Source of the DNA: Thermodesulfobacteriota bacterium
GTDB lineage: Bacteria > Desulfobacterota_D > UBA1144 > Nemesobacterales > Mycalebacteriaceae
Assembly: GCA_965226585.1 (NCBI GenBank)
Contig: OZ245366.1
Location: 1,408,001-1,472,000, forward strand
Direction: 5' to 3'
DNA: 64,000 nt
Below are positions 57,871-64,000 of the stretch, one piece after another; positions within the stretch are counted from its first letter, which is position 1, and each line of letters opens with the position of its first letter. Both the position numbers and the translations under genes were made by a program. The notes below the pieces were generated by a model that did no database searches, was not told the DNA's origin, and saw only the letters and a program-made list of their open reading frames with translations.

Positions 57871-58539
57871 ATGACAGGCAGACACACATTGCTCGCGCTC
57901 GCCGCATTTGTTCTTGTTCTCGGTTCCTGCGCCGGAAAGCGCGACTACGGGAATATGTCTGCTGAGGAAATCTTCACCGAAGCAACCGCAAAGGCGGAGA
58001 AAAAAAGAGACTCATCCAAAGAGGCGGCAATTGAGATGTTCAAGGAGATTCAGATAAGGCACGCCTTCAGTTCCTATGCGTCTCTCGCCTCGGTAAAAAC
58101 GGCGGACGTTTATTTCAGTCAGGACAGATACAGAAGCGCGGCAGACCAGTATAAAAAGTTTATCTCGGACAACCCCAAGCACGAATTGCGAAAACACGCG
58201 ATGCGCAGAATCGGGCTCAGTTTTTTCAATATGAAAGAGTCTCCGAAAAGAGACCAGTCTCCGTGCAGAAACGCGATTTACTGGTATCAAACCTTCCTTT
58301 CGTATTATCCCAACTCTTCTGAGGGCGAAAGCATTCAGTCTGACATCAATAAGTGCTCGGCGCTTATATCAGAAAGCGAACTGCAGATAGGCAAGTTCTA
58401 CATGAAGCGCGGAGAGCACGAAGCGGCGCGGCGCAGATTTACAGAACTCGCGGACAATTTCCCCAAAACCGAGGCGGCGCGCAAATCAGCGAAACTGCTT
58501 TCCGAACTTCCGCCGCCCGAACCTCAGCAGGAGCCGTAG
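57871..58539 (+). CDS. bamD: Outer membrane protein assembly lipoprotein BamD
   Basis: Lipobox LGSC, TPR-like repeats, RDQ, ELQIGKFY. Confidence 0.8.
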   Translation: MTGRHTLLALAAFVLVLGSCAGKRDYGNMSAEEIFTEATAKAEKKRDSSKEAAIEMFKEIQIRHAFSSYASLASVKTADVYFSQDRYRSAADQYKKFISDNPKHELRKHAMRRIGLSFFNMKESPKRDQSPCRNAIYWYQTFLSYYPNSSEGESIQSDINKCSALISESELQIGKFYMKRGEHEAARRRFTELADNFPKTEAARKSAKLLSELPPPEPQQEP

Positions 58540-59607
58540 GTGGCTTTTCAAACAATAGAGTGGAAAAACGGGTCGGTCTTCATACTTGACCAGCGGAAAC
58601 TGCCCTCGGAAAAAACCTACCTTGAATGCTCAACCCACCGGCAGGTGGCCGAAGCGATAAGTGAAATGGCGATACGCGGCGCGCCCGCAATAGGAATTGC
58701 GGCGGCGATGGGCTTTGCTCTTGGAGCAAAGGAAAACGCGGACTGTAAATCAGCGGACGAATTTATCTCTGAAATGAAAAAGGTCGGCAACACGCTTGAG
58801 AGCACAAGACCAACCGCAGTCAACCTTTCGTGGGCGCTCAGAAGAATGGAAAAAATTATGCTCTCAAACCCCGGAGCAACAGCGCGGGAGACGGCGGAAT
58901 TGCTGAAAACCGAGGCGGTCGCGATACGCGATGAAGACCTCATGCTTTGCAAAAACATAGGGAAAGCGGGCGAGCCGCTGATACCCGCCGGAGCAACCGT
59001 GATGACGCACTGCAACGCCGGCGGACTTGCGACCGCGGGATACGGAACGGCTCTGGGCGTTGTGCGCGCCGTGAGAGACGCGGGAAAGAGCATAAAAGTT
59101 ATATCGTCTGAAACGCGCCCTCTTCTTCAGGGAGCGCGGCTTACCGCGTGGGAACTGTGCGAAGACGGCATACCGGTTACCGTCATGGCGGACACGGCGG
59201 CGGGATATGTGATGAAAAACGGCGGAGTGGACGCCGTTATAGTCGGGGCGGACAGAATTGCCTCAAACGGCGATGTGGCAAACAAAATCGGAACCTATCA
59301 GCTCTCCGTTCTCGCCCGCCATCACGGAATCGCGTTCTATGTTGCCGCGCCGTGGTCAACGGTGGATATGAACTGCAAAAGCGGAAAAGACATTCCAATT
59401 GAGCGGAGGCCTGAAAGGGAAGTGTCTCACATTGGCGGCACGAAAACCGCGGCGGACGGGGCGGAAATAATCAACCCGGCTTTTGACATCACGCCCGCTG
59501 AAAACATAGACCGCATAATAACGGACATGGGAACTGTGGAGCCGCCTTTTGGCGACGGGTTGGAAAAACTGAAGCGGAATCAGCCGACTTTCTCTATCTC
59601 TTCCTGA
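58540..59607 (+). CDS. mtnA: S-methyl-5-thioribose-1-phosphate isomerase
   Basis: LDQRKLP, IRGAPAIG, THCNAG, ETRPLLQG, NKIGTY, NPAFD. Confidence 0.95.
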   Translation: MAFQTIEWKNGSVFILDQRKLPSEKTYLECSTHRQVAEAISEMAIRGAPAIGIAAAMGFALGAKENADCKSADEFISEMKKVGNTLESTRPTAVNLSWALRRMEKIMLSNPGATARETAELLKTEAVAIRDEDLMLCKNIGKAGEPLIPAGATVMTHCNAGGLATAGYGTALGVVRAVRDAGKSIKVISSETRPLLQGARLTAWELCEDGIPVTVMADTAAGYVMKNGGVDAVIVGADRIASNGDVANKIGTYQLSVLARHHGIAFYVAAPWSTVDMNCKSGKDIPIERRPEREVSHIGGTKTAADGAEIINPAFDITPAENIDRIITDMGTVEPPFGDGLEKLKRNQPTFSISS

Positions 59608-60131
59608 GCCTCAATCGTGAACTTGGCAAACGGCATAACGCGCAGGCGGTCTTCGCCTATCTTCTCGCCCGTCATCTCGCAGATACCGTAAGTCCCATCT
59701 TCTATGCGGCCCAGAGCGTCCTCTATCTGGTCCAGTTTGTTGCGCTCGCGCTCTGAAAATATGAGAGACAGAATTCTCTCCCTGTCATCAGACGCTTTGT
59801 CGTAGAAATCTCCCACATCAAACTTCAGGTGGTCGCTCTCCTGTTTGACTGAACGCGCGACATCCTTCACAAGACGGTCTTTCATCAGGAGAAGCTCTTT
59901 GCTAATCTCGTCAAGAAAACGCTTTCCGTATTTCGACCCGGCCGGGGAAGCGGAAGTCTTTTTCGGCGCGGAACTTTTTTTGGCGGGAGTTTTTTTTGGC
60001 GGAGCCGCCTTCGCCGTCTTTTTTACTGCGGTTTTCTTTGCCGCCGCCTTTTTTGAGGGCTTTGCGGCGGGAGTTTTGACGGTTTTTTTCACCGGCGCGG
60101 TTTTCTTCTTTTTTACGGTTTTTGCAGCCAA
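59580..60131 (-). CDS. dksA: DksA/TraR family protein with Lys/Ala-rich N-terminal tail
   Basis: GDFYDKA, AL.RI..GTYGICE..GE.I...RL...P. Confidence 0.8.
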   Translation of the reverse strand: MAAKTVKKKKTAPVKKTVKTPAAKPSKKAAAKKTAVKKTAKAAPPKKTPAKKSSAPKKTSASPAGSKYGKRFLDEISKELLLMKDRLVKDVARSVKQESDHLKFDVGDFYDKASDDRERILSLIFSERERNKLDQIEDALGRIEDGTYGICEMTGEKIGEDRLRVMPFAKFTIEAQEEIEKVG

Positions 60132-60232
60132 ATCTAATACACCGGACGCTTACGCGCCGTTTTCAGGATGGGTATAGTTATTTGAAGCGCGGGCAATTGT
60201 CAAGCGGAAGGGCGGACGAAAATCCCGGTCTC

Positions 60233-60261
60233 TTGACAGAAAATAGCGTTTGTATTAGCAT
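60233..60261 (+). promoter_or_regulatory. Putative sigma70 promoter
   Basis: TTGACA-17-TAGCAT upstream of the symporter gene. Confidence 0.5.
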
Positions 60262-60291
60262 TGAGCCCAATCCCGCAAAAACGCAACTGTT

Positions 60292-61791
60292 ATGCATCCG
60301 GCAAAAATTGTTCCAATCCTTTCGCTTCTCTTCACCGCCCTTTTCCCTTTCGCCGCGCTTGCGGGCATTGACGAATCATTAAACAGCGCGACCGTTCCGG
60401 TGGCAGACTTTATGCTGAAATGGGTTTTCTACTCGTTTCCGCTTTTTGGAGCCGAAATCAAAATTGTTGTCGTTCTTCTCATAGGCGGCGGCATCTTTTC
60501 CACCTTTTATTTCAAGTTTATCAACATAAGCGGTTTCCGGCGCGCCATCGGGCTTGTGAGCGGGAAATACGATTCAAAAGAGGCGGCGAACGCTCCCGGT
60601 GAAGTAAGCCACTTTCAGGCTCTCGCGACCGCGTGCGGGGCAACCGTGGGGCTGGGAAACATAGCCGGTGTGGCGATAGCGGTTTCCAAAGGCGGTCCGG
60701 GAGCAACGTTCTGGATGATAATGGCGGGTCTTATAGGGATGTCTCTCAAGTTTGCCGAATGCACTCTCGCGGTAAAATACCGCAGAGAAAACCCTGACGG
60801 CTCGGTCTCCGGCGGACCCATGTACTATCTTTCACGCGGGTTCGCGGAAATGGGACAGAAGCATCTGGGAAAGGTGCTTTCCGTTCTTTTCGCCATATTC
60901 TGCATAGGCGGGGCGATAGGGGCGGGGGGAATGTTTCAGGCAAACCAGTCTTTTCAGCAAATATCGCAAATAGCGGGAGAAGCCGGGCTTGCCCTGCCGG
61001 GCTGGTCTTTCGGGCTTGCGCTGGCAATCGCGCTCGGCTTTGTGATAGTCGGCGGAATCAAAAAGATAGCAAACGTAACCTCAAAGATAGTCCCGTTTAT
61101 GGCGATTATCTACATAGCATCCGCCCTTGTGGTGATAGCCGTTCAGTATGAGCGCGTCCCCGAAGCGTTCAGTCAGATATTCAGAGGCGCGTTCTCGCCC
61201 GAAGGGATTGAGGGCGGAATGCTGGGCGTGATGATATGGGGATTTCAGAGGGCAACCTTCTCAAACGAAGCCGGAATCGGCTCCGCCGCAATCGCCCACA
61301 GCGCGGCGAGAACGCGCTACCCGGCAAGTGAGGGAATAGTTTCCCTGCTTGAGCCGTTTATTGACACTGTGGTTATCTGCACAATGACCTCGCTTGTTAT
61401 CGTGCTGACGGGAACCTACGAGACGGGAAACCTTGGCGGCGTTGAGATAACCTCCGCCGCATTTGCGTCCGTCATAGACTGGTTTCCGTATCTGCTTGCT
61501 CTGGCGGTTCTGCTTTTCTGCTTTTCCACGATGGTGTCTTGGAGTTATTACGGGATGAAATGCTGGACGTTTCTGTTCGGTGAAAACGAGCGGAACAGAA
61601 TGACATTCAACATCATATTCTGCGTCTTTGTGGTGGTGGGAGCGGCGGCGAGCCTTAATTCCATTGTCAACATAGCGGACTCGCTTATCTTCCTTATGGC
61701 GATGGTTAATCTGGTGGGTGTTTTCGCCCTTATAGGCAAAGTGCGCTATGAACTGAAGGTATACAGGGAAAGCCCTCAGGGAAAATTCTAA
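60292..61791 (+). CDS. Alanine/glycine:cation symporter (AGCS family)
   Basis: SHFQAL, VGLGNIAGVA, GGPMYY, FSNEAGIGS, EPFIDT. Confidence 0.93.
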   Translation: MHPAKIVPILSLLFTALFPFAALAGIDESLNSATVPVADFMLKWVFYSFPLFGAEIKIVVVLLIGGGIFSTFYFKFINISGFRRAIGLVSGKYDSKEAANAPGEVSHFQALATACGATVGLGNIAGVAIAVSKGGPGATFWMIMAGLIGMSLKFAECTLAVKYRRENPDGSVSGGPMYYLSRGFAEMGQKHLGKVLSVLFAIFCIGGAIGAGGMFQANQSFQQISQIAGEAGLALPGWSFGLALAIALGFVIVGGIKKIANVTSKIVPFMAIIYIASALVVIAVQYERVPEAFSQIFRGAFSPEGIEGGMLGVMIWGFQRATFSNEAGIGSAAIAHSAARTRYPASEGIVSLLEPFIDTVVICTMTSLVIVLTGTYETGNLGGVEITSAAFASVIDWFPYLLALAVLLFCFSTMVSWSYYGMKCWTFLFGENERNRMTFNIIFCVFVVVGAAASLNSIVNIADSLIFLMAMVNLVGVFALIGKVRYELKVYRESPQGKF

Positions 61792-63092
61792 GCCTTTCCC
61801 CCGAAGAAACGGTCTCTAATTCTGAAAAAATCCTCCGCCTGGTGGATGAATATCCCGACAAGCCCCAGCGTTGTAATGCCCAGAATCCACGGGTAGCCGC
61901 CGAAAATGGCGATAAAAACAAAAGCCAGAGAGTAAAAATTGCGCCTCATCACGGGCCTCAGAAAAGCCAGCAGACGCCTTGCGGGGGAAAGGTTTTCGCC
62001 GCCCAGAAGCTCATCTATGCGGTGATACGAAACAAGGCTGCCCGAACCGGTATAGCGAACCATGAAGATAAAAGACCATGAGAGAAACAGCAGGAATATC
62101 ACTGCGTTCAGGGCTCCCAGAGAGAGAGCGAGAGACGGCTGTCCGCCGTGCAGATAGTAGCCGACGGGAACGCTTAGAACAAAACCGCCAATCGTTATCT
62201 GGTCGCTCAAGGTGTCAACCCATTCGCCTCTTTTTGTTTCAAGCATTTTCAGACGCGCCACCTCTCCGTCACAGCGGTCTAAAACGGCGGCGAGTTGCAT
62301 AAAAACGGCTCCGATAACGGGGTAGCCCGTCAGGTAGGCAATCATGCACGGCACTCCCGTAAGAACATTTGTGAAAACGCTTATCTGATTGGGCGTGAGA
62401 GAGGTGTTGCGGGCGAGCCACGCGCTTGTAGGCAGAGACAGTCTGCCGTTTATGTTCCTCGCTATCCATCCGGTTGAGGTTTTGCCGACGCTTGATGAGA
62501 GAAGACGCCACGCCTCTTCTGAGGTTTCTCCGCCATCTGTGTCCAGATTCATCGCGTAGGCGGTTTCATCAACAAAAAACTCTTTTACGCCCTCGTCTCT
62601 GTAGCGTCCGACCCATCTGGACAGGTCGCAGTCTTCAAGAAGGTCGGCAACGGCTTCGGACTCAACAACCGCCGCGCCAATCGGTATCTTCCGCTTTTCG
62701 CCAACGGGAGTTTCTTCGTACATCTTCATCAGGACCGCGCCTCCCGCAGGCGGCTTTTCGTTCAAAAACTTCTCAAGAACAGCCCTTTGAAAAAACAGGT
62801 TTGATTGAAGCACCAGCATGTTCTGCGGGCGGGAACGCTCAGTTTCGGGCTCAGGTTTTCCCGGAAGCGCGAAAGTTATCCGCGCCGCCCCGGATACGGA
62901 TTCAGGAAGCATCGCTCTGAGATCGGTTTCGGCAAGAGAGGAAACAACGGTTATATCTTCAACACCGGATTTGATGCACGAACGCACAAGCCTGCGCAGT
63001 TGTGTAAGTCCGCCTATGGACACTGAGGGGAAGCGGTCTAAAGACTCTCCGCGCAACCCGGTGCCGCAAGCAAGAATCAGGGCGTGTGTCAT
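61788..63092 (-). CDS. CDP-alcohol phosphatidyltransferase fused to a degenerate NTP-transferase domain
   Basis: ALILACG N-terminus; TPNQIS; DRCDGEVAR...G...D...D signature. Confidence 0.8.
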   Translation of the reverse strand: MTHALILACGTGLRGESLDRFPSVSIGGLTQLRRLVRSCIKSGVEDITVVSSLAETDLRAMLPESVSGAARITFALPGKPEPETERSRPQNMLVLQSNLFFQRAVLEKFLNEKPPAGGAVLMKMYEETPVGEKRKIPIGAAVVESEAVADLLEDCDLSRWVGRYRDEGVKEFFVDETAYAMNLDTDGGETSEEAWRLLSSSVGKTSTGWIARNINGRLSLPTSAWLARNTSLTPNQISVFTNVLTGVPCMIAYLTGYPVIGAVFMQLAAVLDRCDGEVARLKMLETKRGEWVDTLSDQITIGGFVLSVPVGYYLHGGQPSLALSLGALNAVIFLLFLSWSFIFMVRYTGSGSLVSYHRIDELLGGENLSPARRLLAFLRPVMRRNFYSLAFVFIAIFGGYPWILGITTLGLVGIFIHQAEDFFRIRDRFFGGKA

Positions 63093-63101
63093 TAAAGAAT
63101 T

Positions 63102-63890
63102 TTAACCTGAGGAAACTATCTTCAGAGATTTTCCGCCCGCTTCCGCGGCTCTTCTGCCGGGAAATACGAACTTGTCCGAGTTGTTTTTGGCAAGGAACAG
63201 GTCTTTGGGGTAGTCAACATCCATCCAGAACATGTCGCCTATATCAAACGGCTTTATTTTGTATCCCTTGTTCAAAAGCCGCTGTATGCACGAAACGTAC
63301 CATTTCTGGCGAACCCTTCCTCCCCTCATTTCCTCTTCTGAAGCCCTTTTTACCATCTCAACACCGGTTCCCCTGAAAAGCCGCACTCCTACCGACTCGT
63401 AGTCAATGCCGTCTTCAATGTCTTTTGTAACAAGAGACACATGGCCGTTTTCCATCCTGACCTTCATGTCTTCATTGTCGTAATTTTCTTTCATTTTGAC
63501 GGGAAGCACTATTTTTTCCTTCCGCGTGTTTATCATTTTGTCGAGAATGTCTATCTCAAATATGTCATCGCCGTTCATAACAACAAGGTCGTCATCCATC
63601 TCTCCCCTCGCAAGGCAGAGAGAAACAAGGCTGTTTGTTGTCTGGTAGAAGGGGTTGTAGATGGTTTTTATCTTTATTCCGAGTCCGTTGTATCTGCGCA
63701 GGAACGACTCAACCTTCTCAAAGCCGAAGCCAACCACTATAACCACGTCGTTTATGCCGCAGTCTCTGATGTGGTTTATCTGATTCTCAAGTATGGAAAC
63801 GCCGCCCAAGTTCAGGAGGCATTTGGGCATATGGTCGGTGTACGGCCGTAATCTGCTCCCCATACCCGCAGCAAGAATAATTGCTTTCAT
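63102..63890 (-). CDS. Phosphocholine/sugar-phosphate cytidylyltransferase family (LicC-like)
   Basis: AIILAAGMGSRL, PKCLL, NPFYQTTNS, NGD, WMDVD...DL. Confidence 0.82.
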   Translation of the reverse strand: MKAIILAAGMGSRLRPYTDHMPKCLLNLGGVSILENQINHIRDCGINDVVIVVGFGFEKVESFLRRYNGLGIKIKTIYNPFYQTTNSLVSLCLARGEMDDDLVVMNGDDIFEIDILDKMINTRKEKIVLPVKMKENYDNEDMKVRMENGHVSLVTKDIEDGIDYESVGVRLFRGTGVEMVKRASEEEMRGGRVRQKWYVSCIQRLLNKGYKIKPFDIGDMFWMDVDYPKDLFLAKNNSDKFVFPGRRAAEAGGKSLKIVSSG

Positions 63891-64000
63891 TCCTTATATC
63901 TCCAATTAAACAACTAAAAGGCCGCAACGGCTATAAAAAAAGGACGGCTGACAAAACAATGCCGTCTCAACTCCCGCTATTATCTCTTTTTGCGGGCGAA

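Noticed and set aside
59940..60131. Low-complexity repeats as a tandem DNA repeat element
   Set aside because: They are Lys/Ala codons of the DksA tail

Overview
Gene-dense bacterial chromosome segment. The core gene content would fit a streamlined deltaproteobacterial-grade or Dadabacteria-like lineage, but that is inference only. The GC-richer backbone carries sucB, recG, topA, UDP-sugar genes, a TolC/MFP/ABC-ATPase set, hemW-eno-leuCD-hpf-ptsN-hprK-rapZ-EIIA, ccr, trpS, a sulfite reductase, lipid genes, rpsB-tsf-pyrH-frr, serS, ald, bamD, mtnA, dksA and agcS, plus tRNA-Arg(ACG) and tRNA-Ser(TGA). It is interrupted by visibly AT-richer accessory blocks with no integrase or transposase in the window. 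Block 1 (21.0-25.8 kb) is a DUF4160-type toxin-antitoxin pair plus an Hhe-like DUF4011-helicase-nuclease. Block 2 (31.7-37.8 kb, between the two tRNAs) holds HEPN/MNT, a NERD stub, a large membrane protein with a portal-like partner, and HTH-Panacea/RelE. Block 3 (44.5-54.4 kb) lies downstream of serS. The most striking signal is in block 3: the serS 3' end recurs as a 140-bp near-identical copy (51006-51145) and a degenerate third copy (48337-48381). These copies partition the block into cassettes (ParB-like/nuclease/C5-methyltransferase; HelD-like helicase-nuclease; a 1182-aa protein), and the two downstream copies overlap the start codons of the following genes. This suggests a serially accreting defence-cassette array anchored on an aminoacyl-tRNA synthetase gene. 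SerRS itself carries a roughly 50-aa internally duplicated insertion in its tRNA-binding arm. All family assignments are from motif reading, not database searches.
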